A stretch of 64,000 bases of DNA from Octopus vulgaris. Taxonomy: Eukaryota. The stretch is taken from contig OX597815.1 in assembly GCA_951406725.2 (NCBI GenBank), forward strand, positions 3,410,001-3,474,000, written 5' to 3'. This document shows, in pieces, positions 14,277 to 30,105 of this stretch. The first letter of the stretch is position 1. Each line of letters starts with the position of its first letter. Position numbers and translations under genes: made by a program. The notes under the pieces were generated by a model. The model had not been told where the DNA came from, made no database searches, and saw only the letters and a program-made list of their open reading frames with translations.

Positions 14277-15462
14277 GTATGTATGTATAAATGTATATAT
14301 GTATGTATTATGTATGTTTGTATGTACGCAAGTTTATATATATATATATATATATATACATACACACACACATATGTATAAACATGCATACACACACACA
14401 CATATGTAATCTAGTATAAATTCATTTTCATATAAACCTAAGTATTATGCTTTCAATATTAAAACAGGAGTTTATCAGAATAAAAGGCGCCATTATTCTC
14501 GGCTGGAGGGAGATTAAATATAACATATAAATTCAGAATGATAGCCTTATCGCCATAAACATACGAGTTAAATGTTAGAAAAGCAAGATGGCGGGATAGA
14601 GACTCTATAGCTTATAGAGTGAAGAAGAGGCAAGAAAACAAATGAATGCAGATATTAGGACTCCTCTTCCAGCCTTTTACAATCTATCGATCTTATTTGT
14701 ATCTCTGATCCTAAGTTTTAAACAATACTGTTTAAATAATTTTAATTTTTATGTAAGCTTGTTTCTATATAAGATAGTTAACGCTGAATTTTACTTTGTT
14801 TAACGTTGAGATATATTACTGAAATGTAGGCAGCTTTAAAATGTCAAATTTCCATCTAAAAGCTTATCTTTTCAATTATATTTTCATCTCCACTCCAAAC
14901 TCTCAGCTCTCCTACTTCGTTGCTTTTTTTCCTTCCTTCTACAATAAAAAATCTGTGCAACAAATTCTTTCTCTGTAGCTTAGATCCATAGTAATAAATA
15001 TATGTAGACATGTAAGGTATTATGTAAGTAAATTCCTGTTTGACGTTAAACTCTTGATGTATTATTGGTGTCTTTAATTTCGTTGAGGACGCCATTGTTC
15101 CACCACATGAGTTTGATTCAAAACCACCTCACTCACTTCCCTCTGAAGCCTAACCGATAAAAACTTACTGAATTCAGTCGTCTTCGAGCCAAGCTGCTTG
15201 AAAGACCCTGAACAAAGGTGCACAGGAAGTTATTCCCGGTTGTATATGCAATCGTCCATTTTCTACGCAGTTGAAACACGTGTAGGACGTCGTAACCATA
15301 GAAATGTGCTATATGCGGATGTACCAGCCTCCATATTCTCTATCGTTATAATTATGATTAAACACACACACACACGCACGCACACACACACACACACATA
15401 CACACACACACACATATATATATATATACATACATAAATACATACATACATACATACATACA

Positions 15463-15528
<66 letters not shown>

Positions 15529-15837
15529 TAATATAATAAGAGTAAATAATATCTTTAATGGTTTTTTAAAAAAAAAAAACAATTATTTACTGGTAGATTT
15601 CGCCATGTAAATATAACCATTAACGGTAGGAACTTCTGTAAAAATTCAATATATATATTGTATATAAATAAAAGAGGCAGGCAACAGATTCCTTAGCCAC
15701 ATACCGAAAAAATTAGAAATAGCAGTCAAAGACTGTTTATTTCTATTTTCTACAAATGAGACTCCACATACGACATAACCCTGTAATTCATATATGCAAA
15801 ACAAGGGAGAAATAACGAAAACAAAGTCTAACGGTCA

Positions 15838-15904
15838 TTTACGAACGCGTTTCTAGATTAGGAATATGATAAAATATAAATTCCATGTCTTTCTTCAGCG
15901 TCAA
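15838..15904 (-). ncRNA. Type I hammerhead motif in the left arm of the same inverted repeat
   Basis: Reverse-complement copy of 16055-16121 (UUGACG CUGAAGA..GAAA CGCG UU CGUAAA). Confidence 0.72.
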
Positions 15905-16054
15905 CCTTCACTAAAATAGATTTATCAAATGCTACGTCCCTCCACTTCCCGATCAGGCGACATCGAAATAGTGGAAGAAAGCAAGCATAGGTTAAACCTA
16001 TACAGACGATTGAATCCGTAAATTTTCCCTCCAAACAATCTATTTTGGTTGAGG

Positions 16055-16121
16055 TTTACGCTGAAGAAAGACATGGAATTTATATTCTATTATATTCCTA
16101 ATCTAGAAACGCGTTCGTAAA
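16055..16121 (+). ncRNA. Type I hammerhead motif in the right arm of a long inverted repeat
   Basis: Reads UUUACG CUGAAGA [AAGACAUGGAAU..AUUCCUAAUCUA] GAAA CGCG UU CGUAAA, with a perfect 6-bp stem I. Confidence 0.75.
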
Positions 16122-16299
16122 TGACCGTTAGACTTTGTTTTCGTTATTTGTTCCTTCTGTTTTGCAAATGTGAATTACAGGGAAATGTCGTATGTGGAGT
16201 CTCATTTGTAGAAAATAGAAATAAACAGTCTTTGACTGCTATTTCTAATTTTTTCGGTATGTAGCTAAGCAACCTGTTGCCTGACTCTTTTATTTATAT

Positions 16300-16385
<86 letters not shown>

Positions 16386-16523
16386 TAGATAGATAGACAG
16401 ATATATTTATATATATGTATACATATATATATATAAATACATATACATATATACATATATATATACATATATATATATATACGTATATAGATAGATATAC
16501 ACACTCAAACACACACACACACA

Positions 16524-16554
<31 letters not shown>

Positions 16555-16733
16555 AGAGATCATATAAATACCAAAGGTACGTTTGTACATATACGTATTA
16601 TAATTTATCGTTCATTTAAAGTAATGCTATTTCCCGTGTATACATACGTGAATGTATTCATACATACATACATACATACATACATACATACATACATACA
16701 TACATGGATACAAACAAACAAACTTACATACAT

Positions 16734-17288
16734 ATGATATGGGACAGAGAAGAGAAACTGTGCACAGCTCAGGAAATCAGCTGCCCAGCAGATGTTAACA
16801 TAAAACTGAAGATCAGTGAAAAAGAGAACACCTAAGCTGAACTATGAGAAATCTGCAGTTACTCTATCAATATCACAAGTTCAAGTTTATACCTGTAATT
16901 ATTGGGGCCCTGAGATATGTAACATACTGCCTAAATACCAATCTTGAGAAATTGGGCTTCTTAAAACTAGAAAAGAGAAAGCTAATTCGAAGACTACTGA
17001 TCCAATCCATCACTGGAAATGTAAAAATCAGTAAACCTTTCCACTAGTTTATCCGTTAAATACATATGAGCATGTTTAGATATGTAGCTATATGCACGAG
17101 AATGCATACATAAAGCAAAACATACAAATCTGCATACATGCACACATACATATATACATACATACATACATACATACAAAAATGCCCTCTTGTTAATGTT
17201 TAATTCCAACAAAGGAGCCTTGGATCTAGGTAAGAAACTAGCTCTTTCACTATTAGCAAGAAACCTTGAAATGAAACTAAATGATGAC
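16734..17288 (+). mobile_element. 3' end of an R4/Dong-like restriction-like-endonuclease (RLE) non-LTR retrotransposon
   Basis: Translation MIWDREEKLC..EISCPADVNIKLKISEKENT*AELMRNLQLLY..FIPVIIGALRYV resembles the RLE C-terminus (E..P...EK...IPI(V/I)IGALG) of R4-clade elements. The 3'UTR contains an internal (TACA)n. The fragment follows a (TACA)n tract. Confidence 0.72.
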
Positions 17289-17427
17289 ACACTCACTCAC
17301 ACACACATACACACACACACTCACTCACTCACTCTCTCACACACACACATATAAAGAGAGCAGGAGTGAGAGACATCAGATCCTAGTCGTTATCTATACA
17401 ACAGACCCACGAAACGGACGAGCTCTC

Positions 17428-17501
<74 letters not shown>

Positions 17502-17502
17502 A

Positions 17503-17890
17503 AGGCGCAGGAGTGGCTGTGTGGTAAGTAGCTTGTTTACCAACCACATGGTTCTGGGTTCAGTCCCACTGCATGGCACCTTGGGCAAGTGTCTTCTACT
17601 ATAGTCTCGGGCCAACCAAAGCCTTGTGAGTGGATTTGGTAGACGGAAACTGAAAGAAGCCCGTCGTATATATGTATATATATATATATATATGTGTGTG
17701 TGTATGTTTGTGTGTCTGTGTTTGTCTGGTGTGTTTATGTCCCCGTTACTTAGCGGTTCGGCAAAAGAGACCGATAGAATAAGTACTGGGCTTACAAAAG
17801 AATAAGTCCCGGGGTCAAGTTCCTCGATTAAGGGCGGTGCTCCAGCATGGCCGCAGTCAAATGACTGAAACAAGTAAAAGAGTAAAAGAG
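17503..17890 (+). mobile_element. SINE family B, near-full copy
   Basis: Aligns to 13001-13424 and contains accttgggcaagt. Confidence 0.9.
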
Positions 17891-17905
17891 TATATATACA
17901 TATAT

Positions 17906-17949
<44 letters not shown>

Positions 17950-17963
17950 GTATATATGCATAT

Positions 17964-18000
<37 letters not shown>

Positions 18001-18096
18001 TATGTATTTATGCATTTTCCTCCGTACGCCTTTATAAACTGCTATTCTGTATCTTAACCATTATTACACCTATATTTTCGCTATTTGTGAATACGT

Positions 18097-18131
<35 letters not shown>

Positions 18132-18226
18132 CTCTCTCTCTCTCTGTCTCTCTCAATCGCTTTCATTCTTTCTCTCCTCTCTTTTTTTTCTCTCCCACTC
18201 TGATTCTCTCTTTCCAATTCTTTCTC

Positions 18227-18282
<56 letters not shown>

Positions 18283-18423
18283 AGTATATTTTACATAACA
18301 TCTTATCATCAACGTTTGTTTTTTTCTTCCTCCCCCCACATCTCTTTTCATTTCCTTATTTTTCTGCCTTTGGGAATCTCTCTATTGTTGTTGTTGCTGT
18401 TGTTGATGTTGATATTATCATTT

Positions 18424-18488
<65 letters not shown>

Positions 18489-18513
18489 GTTATTATTATT
18501 ATTATTATTATTG

Positions 18514-18583
<70 letters not shown>

Positions 18584-18585
18584 GA

Positions 18586-18619
<34 letters not shown>

Positions 18620-18621
18620 GA

Positions 18622-18658
<37 letters not shown>

Positions 18659-19459
18659 GATTGTTATTATTATTACAATTACTAATATTCTTATTGTTAT
18701 TTTTTATGCCTGTTCTGTGTATTTGTTTCTTTTCTTTTTTATATTATCATCTCCATTTTTTTTTTCCAGTTTCTTTTCTTTATTTTTTGCATCTTTTACA
18801 TACTGTTTTTCTTTTTTCATTCAATTATTTCTGTATTGTTAACTCGGTCATTAAAATCTTATCCCTTATCGCCATCAGAATAATTTTTTTACTCTCCTTT
18901 TTTCCACCATTTTCTTTTTTTTTTCTTGCTCCATTTCACTCCTACTCCTCTCCCTCTCCCCATCGCCTCCTCCTCCTTCTCCTTCGTATTCCACATCTTT
19001 TCTTCTTTTCATTCTCCTCCTCCTCCCCCTTATCATCGTCATCATCATAACCACCAATGCAATCCACACAATATCTGTCATCACCATCGCCATCGTCTTT
19101 ATCTCCATCATTGATGTCGCATGTTTTGTCATCATCATTATTATTGTCAGCGTCGTCGTCATCATCATCATCATCGACTTTTTCAATCCAAAGGATTTTT
19201 TAACCAATTATTCTACATGCTATTATTTATAGCTTTTTCTACTTCGAGTTCCAACTTTACGAAGTGAGATATTACACGTTCTCTTGAACCTTCTAAATTC
19301 TTAGACTGTAAACTTTGTGTATGTGTGTGTGAGAGTGTATGTGTGTGTGAGTGTGTGTGCGTACGTGTAGTGTAGTGCAGTGTACATATATATATATACA
19401 TATATATATGAAAATATATGAATATATATATATATATATATTAATATATGTATATATGT

Positions 19460-19536
<77 letters not shown>

Positions 19537-19734
19537 CATATATATATACATATGTATAGTCAATTCGAGGGGGTTATAACCTCATTAGGGATTATGTAAT
19601 CCAAGAGATTCCACTGAGCTTCTACAACTTATAATCAATTTATTTGTATTGTAATATCTTCAAAAAATTTTTCCAACATATTTTAACAAATAAATTTTTC
19701 ATACACCCAATAATCTCCATTTTCTTTCCTACAA

Positions 19735-19799
<65 letters not shown>

Positions 19800-20562
19800 G
19801 TATGTACATATATAGTATATATATATATGTATATATATACATATTGATATATACGCATATATATCCTAATATTTTCTTTACTTAGACACTTTTCTAACTC
19901 CCTCTTTTTCTTTTTGTTCCCATCCTCTCTCTTTCTCGTCTTTCTCTCTCTCTCTCTCTCTCTCTGTCTCCCTTTTCTTTCTGTGTTCATCGATGTATAT
20001 AATATATTTGTACATACACACAAACTATCACTTTTTCCCTACGTCCGTTTCATGGTTGTGATTACTTGCATCCTCTGCAAATAATGTAACAGAATAATAG
20101 TGCAGAACTGAAAATAGCTGGTCGCAAATGCAGTTTCAAATTCTGCATGCAGCGGAATTAATCCATTATGACGTAAAAATAAAAATAAAATATTAAAATA
20201 TCTAAAAATATGAAAATTAGCCAATCTCTATATTCTTTCAAATTGTTATTTATATATACATGTGTGTGTGTGTGAGCATATATATATCGTTCCTATAATG
20301 TTAAACTGCTGTATGTCCAAATTTGGCCAAATGCGTCTTTTTTTTTTCAATATTTATTTCTGCTTGCAATTGGTGGTTCTTTTGGTCAAACTATCGTATC
20401 TCCAACTGCTTCAGATGCCAAGATATCAAAAATGGTCAAAGTGTAGAACAACGATTTTGCTATGGAATGATGAAAATATTTTTTCGTTTTCTGAAAAAGC
20501 GACGTTTCGGACTTACGACACATTTGCATAATAGCAACGATATATATAATATTTATATATAA

Positions 20563-20632
<70 letters not shown>

Positions 20633-20973
20633 ACATATACATATACACACACACATATATATACATATATATATATGTTTACATGTATATATATATATAT
20701 AATATAAATAAAATATATATGCATATATAAATACTTATATGTACATACATCCATATATACGTATATACATATGCATATGAGGGCACAGGACGTCACGGAT
20801 CGTAAACAACATAAAAAACGAAAACGAAAGATACAAAATATGAATGCAATTACATGGAATATGAACATTTTTTTGCAACAACGAAAGAAACAACTGGAAA
20901 ACAAGACAAGCAACATAACGAACGGTCTCTTCGTCAGTTGTCAGCTGTTTTTTTTATTCCGTATTTCGAGCAG

Positions 20974-21006
<33 letters not shown>

Positions 21007-21021
21007 ACACATACATACATG

Positions 21022-21058
<37 letters not shown>

Positions 21059-21203
21059 TTAAAATGATGTTGAGAAATTAGATATTAATTTAATTAACAT
21101 CGATTTCACAGCAGTGGTCTAGCATATAAAAAAACTGAAGGTTCAGTAAAATTGTATTATATACATATTAAGAGGCATAAGGGTGTCCAGATAGTGATTT
21201 CCC

Positions 21204-21301
<98 letters not shown>

Positions 21302-21315
21302 CTATCTATCTTTCA

Positions 21316-21406
<91 letters not shown>

Positions 21407-21431
21407 CATATATATGTGTATATATATATGT

Positions 21432-21473
<42 letters not shown>

Positions 21474-21505
21474 GTGTGTGTATGTATATATATATATATA
21501 TGTAG

Positions 21506-21596
<91 letters not shown>

Positions 21597-22402
21597 AATA
21601 GTGAGAGATTATCAATCTAGAAAAAAAATACTTCCTAAGCTCTTCAGCACCAGGCTGATAATATTGTTTAGATTAGTGAAGAAAGGAGTATTAATCTTCT
21701 CTCATTTGACCAACAGACCTATTGAGTAAATCTATCAGTAATGAACTTATAATGACTACTGGAAACAGCTGTAAGCCAAATTGGCTCCGATAAAGAATAA
21801 ATATGTAACGATTATTAGCTTTAACTTGGTTCTTGTATACATATTTGTATGTATGTATATCTTTATACTTGTGTGTGTGTACGTGTGTGTGCGTCATTCG
21901 TTCTGCATTTTCTTGTCTCTCATCCAATCTTTCTCCCTTATTCTTTAAATTTTCCCTCCTTCCTTTCTTAATCATTTTTCTCTTTCAATCTTATCATTTT
22001 CCCATCGATGTTTCCCAACTTGTCCGTCTGCCTGTCTGTCTGTCAGTCTGCCTATCATTCATTCTTTCACTCCTTCTTAGATTATTTCATTCCTTTGCAA
22101 TTCCTTCTCTCCTTTCTCATCACTTTCTTCTCTTTCCCCTACAATTTTAGATTTTCTTTCTTCCTTACTTCGTTCCTTCCTTTCTTTCTTCTTTCCTTTC
22201 TTTCTTCTTTCCATTCTTTCTTTTTCTTTCTATCTACCTTCCTTTCTTTCTTTTCTTCTTTCGTTCTTTCACTTCACGCATTCTTCTGTATGGCTTTTAC
22301 GGTCCCTTTTTTCCCTTAAATACTCATTATTATCATCGCTATTATAACTACTATTATTATTATTGTTGCTGTTGTTGTTGTTGTTGTTATTCTTGTTATT
22401 GC

Positions 22403-22445
<43 letters not shown>

Positions 22446-22487
22446 TTGATTGCCGATTACATTTTCCTCATCCTAAGTAACAATATC

Positions 22488-22611
<124 letters not shown>

Positions 22612-23196
22612 TTTGCTCTTTTTATCACTATCTTTTTATTATTATTATTATTATTGTTATTTTGCATTTCATTGTATCTTTTTTTTAATCCTTTGTTTTT
22701 TTGCTGTTGTTGTTTTATTCTCTCACCAATATGATCGCTCACTCTAACTTTGCACCCTGGCAATGGCGACTTCCTTCCTTCCTGCCAATTTTCAAGTTTC
22801 CGGTGAAATCACAGACTAACCTTGGGCAGTTGTCAGTACGTCACAGCCAGCCATAAGCCTTCGATTTGCAAACAACACTCGTATAAGACATATTCAAGTT
22901 TCTCACTCTCACTCCCCCTCTCCCTCCCTCCTTACCCCCTCCCTCTCTTTGCCTCTCTCTCTCTCTCTCTATGAATCTATCTATCTATCTGTCTGTCTGA
23001 CTATGAATTCCTCATATTTTCTTCTACATTTGTTATTCTGTCTTTCTCAGTCTCCTCTCTCTCTCTCTCTCTCTCTCTGTCTATCTATCTATATATCTAT
23101 CTATCTATTTATCTATCCATCTCTCTCTTTATCTCTCTCTCACTCTCTCTCTCTATCTATCTATCTATCTATTTATCTATCTATCTCTCTCTCTGA

Positions 23197-23242
<46 letters not shown>

Positions 23243-23245
23243 CTT

Positions 23246-23288
<43 letters not shown>

Positions 23289-23311
23289 ATCTATCTATCT
23301 ATCTGTCTATC

Positions 23312-23391
<80 letters not shown>

Positions 23392-24381
23392 ACTTCCCAT
23401 CTCTCAATTCCTCAGTCGCCGTTTCCATTTCTGTCTCTCAAGATCTTCCTTTCTGCAATTTCTCCCGATAAACTACTCGGGTGAATTCAATACCTATTTT
23501 TCCTCTCCTTTTCCCTAACCTTCCCCCCACCACCACCTACCAACCTACCAACCTACCAACCTACCAACCCACCCGCCCGCCCACCTGCTCTCACCTATCC
23601 ACCCATGCCCACCCCTCACCACCGCCACCCCTCATGGCCTATGTCCTCTCAATCCAGCTTCCATTCACTTCTGCCAGTAACAAAGCTTGTTGTGTCAGTT
23701 CGCTGGTTGACGAAACCATTCAAAACTAATGAGGTGAAAATCATCACCATTTTATTACCATTACCTCTTTTACCCCCCTCCTCCTCCTCCCTCCTTCCAT
23801 TCCTCTTCTTCTTCTCCTCTTCCTCCTCTCTCCTCCCCTTCTTCTAATCTCCTTCCTCTTCCTTTTCTTCTTTTTCTTATCCGCTTCTTATTTTCTTCTT
23901 CTTCTTCTTCTTCTTCTTCTTCTTCTTCTTCTTCTTCTTCTACTACTACTACTACTACTACTACTTCTTCTTCCTTACTTCTTCTTCTACTTCTTCTTCT
24001 ACTTCTTCTTCTTCTTCTTCTCCTTCGCCTTCTGCCTCCTCTTCTTCTTCTCATCCTCTTCCTCCCCTCTACTCCCCTTCTCCTCCTTCTTCCTCTTCCT
24101 CTTCTTCTTATCCTATTCTTCTTCTTCTCCTCTTCTTTCACCTCAGTCTTCTCGCATTTCTTTCTTTCCTTCTTCCTTCCCTTCTGGTTATTTTATTTAG
24201 TTTGTTTATTTATTTCTACTTTATTTTATGGATCATCTACGATTCTTAGAAACTATTCCCGCTACACAATCGGAAATAATCTCTTTTCACGTGCGCTCAC
24301 GCGCGCGTCTATATATATCTATGTGCATATGTGTGTGTGTGTGTGTGTGTGTGTGTATGCATATATATATATGTATTTATA

Positions 24382-24433
<52 letters not shown>

Positions 24434-24463
24434 TGTATATATTTATGTGTATGCATATATATG

Positions 24464-24533
<70 letters not shown>

Positions 24534-24802
24534 TGTAGCAAATTCATACACGGAGAGAGACCACTATGTGGTCTTCTTACATGCTACAAAGAGCATGAAT
24601 TATTATTTTTAATATTTTTTACCCGTTATAATTCATATACATACATATATATGTGTGTCTGTATGTATGTATACATAAATATATATGTGCGTGCATGTAT
24701 ATATATATATATATATATGTATACATATATATATGTGTATGTATATATGTATGTGTATACATATGTATATATATATACATATATATACATATATATATAT
24801 AC

Positions 24803-24857
<55 letters not shown>

Positions 24858-24863
24858 CATATC

Positions 24864-25819
<956 letters not shown>

Positions 25820-25961
25820 TTTATACACGCGTAAATTATAAAGAGATATTTTGAAGTGGTTAGACGGATTTAGCGTCTATCTTCAGCATATACACATAGA
25901 GATCACTTTGCCCTTAGATATATTTCTATTTTATACCATTATATATATATATATATATAGA

Positions 25962-26075
<114 letters not shown>

Positions 26076-26164
26076 TGTACGTAAATAGGTCTAATTTTTA
26101 TATGCTGGCCACTGATAACATTTAAAAAAGATTTATTCTTAATTATCAATATATATATATATAT

Positions 26165-27488
26165 GGAAGGGACTGCCTAACGCAGCTCCTGCATCACTTT
26201 GATGACATTTTGAGAGCTTTGGGAGAGGGCTCCAACACCGATGTCATCTACCTTGATTTCAGTAAGGCCTTCGACAGGGTCGATCACAAGATCCTATTGA
26301 AAAAACTATCCAACATTGGTGTCTCTGGAAAGTTACTGAAATGGATCAAGTGTTTCCTGACAGACAGATCTCAACATGTTGTAGTTGAAGGGGTAAAATC
26401 AAGCCCAGCCAAAGTCAGTAGTGGCGTTCCGCAAGGCACTGTGCTGGGCCCACTTCTTTTCATCATTTACATTAATGACATTAATGACATCATCAAGCAC
26501 AGCAACATAAAAATTTTTGCAGATGATTCCAAGCTACAGAAGGTCATAAATGAGGCGAGTGACCGGACATGCCTTCAGTCAGATCTACTGGCTGTTATCC
26601 AATGGGCAGAAAAAAACAATATGCTGCTGAACGAGGATAAATTTGAGTTAATCCACTTTGGAAAAGAGGATGCCCTGAAACTCCCATACTCCCTTCCTTC
26701 AGGTGAAACTCTCGCGGCGTCCAACAACATCAGAGACTTGGGAGTAATTGTGGACAACAACATAAGCTGGGCCACTCATATAAACACCAAAGTTGACATG
26801 GCCCGCAGAATGTGTTCCTGGATTCTCAGAACTTTCCAGTCGAGAGATATCCACACCATTATCCTTCTCTTCTCCACTTTTGCCCGACCCCACCTTGAAT
26901 AATGTTGTCCACTGTGGTCTCCCCACACAATACATGGTATCATAAAAGTTGAAGCACCTCAAAGGGCAATCACAAAAAAGATAGATGGCATGACAGGCCT
27001 CGACTATTGGGGTCGACAAGAAAAGCTAAAACTTTATTCTCACCAACGTCGTCGTGAGCGCTACATCATCTGCATGATGTGGAAAATATTCCATCAGCAT
27101 TGCCCAAATGATGTTGGCATCACCTTTAGGGTACATCCAAGGCTTGTGCCCCGTGCCATCCGCCCAAAACAAAAATCGCACTCTCATCTCATAACAACAA
27201 TACGGCACAATTATTTCACCTCAATTGGCCCCGCTCTCTTTAACATTACACCAAAACACATTAAAACAGAAACTGACCCTATAGGGTTCAAGAAGTCTTT
27301 GGACAGATTCCTTCAAGAAATCCCGGATAAACCCCCTACACCCGGATATGTCTCTGTAAACAATAACTCTCTACTTGAGTGGGCCATAGTGCCCAAATTC
27401 TGACTTGAAAGACTTCACCAGGTGGTGCTATTAAGTTAGACATGGCCTGGGCCAATAATGGCCGAAACCTATCAAAGTATCAAAGTAT
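26165..27488 (+). mobile_element. 5'-truncated CR1-like non-LTR retrotransposon (RT domain, C-terminus, 3'UTR)
   Basis: RT motifs DVIYLDFSKAFDRVDH, GVPQGTVLGPLLFIIYINDI and FADDSKL are present. ORFs 26210..26902 and 26990..27403 share a frame and are split by one TAA (PHLE*CCPLWSPH). The 3' tail is a short tandem (tatcaaag)2. (TA)n flanks both sides. Confidence 0.93.
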
Positions 27489-27661
27489 ATATATATATAT
27501 ATAGTTCGATTTCAAAACCCCACTAGAATGGTAGAAAGCGCTAATATATGATCTAAGTTAAATGATGTATAAAAACATGTAATATACAAATAAATATCTG
27601 TAAATATAAAACCATCCGAATTTCTGAGTACCTCATTTCTTCTAATATACACACATATATA

Positions 27662-27704
<43 letters not shown>

Positions 27705-27868
27705 AGATAGGGGTTGAAAATTCAACCCACCATGGGATAATATATATCCAATATACTGCTAGATAGGTACCCAACAAGACTAATACATAGATGTTAAAAA
27801 TTGCCAAACAATCAGTTCATCTATTGTATTATATGGGTAAAGGTAATAATATTACCGTAAATTAATAC

Positions 27869-28244
27869 TACAAAATTAGAGAATGGAGAAACATACTTAA
27901 ATCAATAAAACATCAACTATCAGATGATACCCAATCAATACTTTAATACACCATTACATATTAGTAAAGGCATTATAAAAAATATACAGTAAGAGTAAAT
28001 AGACAAAGAGATATAAGTATAAAATTTCAAATATAATATTACATATTATATTTAATTACATATTATATTTAATTACATATTATATTTGAAATTTTATACT
28101 TAGATCTCTTTGTCTATTTACTCTTACTGTATATTTTTATAATGCCTTTACTAATATGTAATGGTGTATTAAAGTATTGATTGGGTATCATCTGATAGTT
28201 CATGTTTTATTGATTTAAGTATGTTTCTCCATTCTCTAATTTTG

Positions 28245-28246
<2 letters not shown>
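27869..28246. repeat. Near-perfect palindrome (arms about 170 bp) with a 17-bp tandem repeat at its centre
   Basis: 27869-28037 is the reverse complement of about 28078-28246 with few differences. The centre holds about three copies of ttacatattatatttaa. Confidence 0.9.
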
Positions 28247-28304
<58 letters not shown>

Positions 28305-28558
28305 TATATTTATATATATATGCGTGTATATATATATATATATATAAATATACATATTTACACATATATATGTATATACATATATATGCATATATATGTA
28401 CGTATGTATGTTTGTATATGTATGTATTTGTATTTATATGTATTTGTATGCATGGGTACCTATGCATGCCTGAATGAATGTATCGCGTGAGCATTTCTAC
28501 ATGCGTACGTTCTTTAACTTGTGTGTTCGTGCACCTACGTACGTATGTAGGTGCGTGC

Positions 28559-28613
<55 letters not shown>

Positions 28614-28629
28614 TGTGTGTGAAAAGGAG

Positions 28630-28663
<34 letters not shown>

Positions 28664-29877
28664 TGTAAGTGTCTAAACAAATGTTTTCTGTTGAATTTCT
28701 GTTCGTTACCTGTATGGGGTTAATTGGATAATTATTTAATTATGTAATTATATTTTTAAGGTCGAGTCAGCCATTTTTTCTAGCTTTACTATTGTATTAC
28801 ATTCAACAACCTCAGTAACAACAACAACACCAATATCAACAGCAATAGCATGAACAACAGCAACACCACTACCACTACCACCACCACCACTACTACAAAC
28901 AGCAACAACAACAACAATAGCAACAATATAACAGCCATGATAGCAGGATCATTTCCTTTGACATTTTATGCAGAGGGACGATTTATTTTTCGAAAAGTTT
29001 CCGATAATTTCTGTTATTTTTCTTTATTTTAATTGTATATATATTTTTTATTATTTATCTACCGATTTACTTTAAGACGAAAAAAAGCGCTGCCCCAGAT
29101 TGGGGGATCGACAAGATTGGTGGAGGAAGAAAAGAAAGGAGAAAAATCCACTATGCCGTTCAAGGCTTTGGTGGTGGTGTTAGTGTTGGCAATCTTTGTG
29201 GTGGTCGTGGCGATTGTCGTAGTTGCTGCAATGGCTGTGGTGGTTGTAGTAATCGTGGTGGCTGCAGTGGTAGTGGTTTGGTGGTGGTAGTTGCGGTGAT
29301 AGTAGTGATGGTCGGTGTCGTGGGAGTCCTAGTGGTCTTTGTGCTTGTAGTGGAGAGTGATGTTTTCGTTGTTTAGTCTTAGATCAGCTATGACCGAGTA
29401 AAATTACTGCAGTCAAGGACATTCTAGCCATGACCATCACATTGTTCAACTACAGACCGGAAATCTAGGTGAAATGTTAACAGCAGAGAAGTATCTGCTG
29501 CGTTATGAGCACCCAAGAATCAAGAGGCAATGTTAATCTGACGGCGGCTTACAATCTACATAAAGCATACATACACGCATACATGCATACATAAATACAT
29601 ACATACATACATACATATGTACGTACGTACATACATACATGCATACATACATATCTATATATTCGCTCATATCAAACTTTAATATTCTCATCTAAGCTTG
29701 AATGGTACTGCTCAGGTGTCGAAACTATAATGATATCCGTGGGGCAGCTGATGATGGAAGTATGTTGAATTATTGGTATGGCTGTGGAATAGTATTATAA
29801 CACATCCTTTTGATATATATATATATTTGTGTGTGTGAGTGTGAGCGTGTGTGTGTGTGTGTGTTTGCGCGCGCGCG

Positions 29878-30105
29878 AATGCGGCTGGCTCAGTGGTTAG
29901 AGCGTCGAGCTTACGATCGCGAGGTTGTGAGTTCGAATCCCGGACCGGGCTGCGTGTTGTGTTCTTGAGCAAGACACTTTGTTTCACGTTGCTCCAGCTG
30001 TAGAAATAAGTTGCGACATCACAGCTGCCAAGCTGTATCTGCTGTTGCCTTTCCCTTGGATCACATCGGTGGCGTTGAGAGGGGAGGCCGGTATGCATGG
30101 GCGAC
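29878..30105 (+). mobile_element. SINE family C variant
   Basis: A box tggctcagtgg and B box gttcgaatcc are followed by gttgtgttcttgagcaagacacttt, as in 4206-4310. Confidence 0.8.

Larger units (their letters stand above)
15651..16310. repeat. Long inverted repeat (arms about 270 bp, spacer about 115 bp), Penelope-like terminal repeat architecture
   Basis: 15651-15922 is the reverse complement of 16037-16310 with scattered mismatches. Each arm holds a hammerhead, and the ends abut TA runs. Confidence 0.85.

Noticed and set aside
25856-25890. Minus-strand CUGAAGA followed by a perfect 6-bp hairpin
   Set aside because: The GAAA box is absent, so it counts only as a possible decayed hammerhead and is not listed as a feature.
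29880-29950. tRNA-like sequence with clean A and B boxes
   Set aside because: It runs directly into the SINE C core and lacks a proper acceptor stem, so it is a SINE head and not a tRNA gene.
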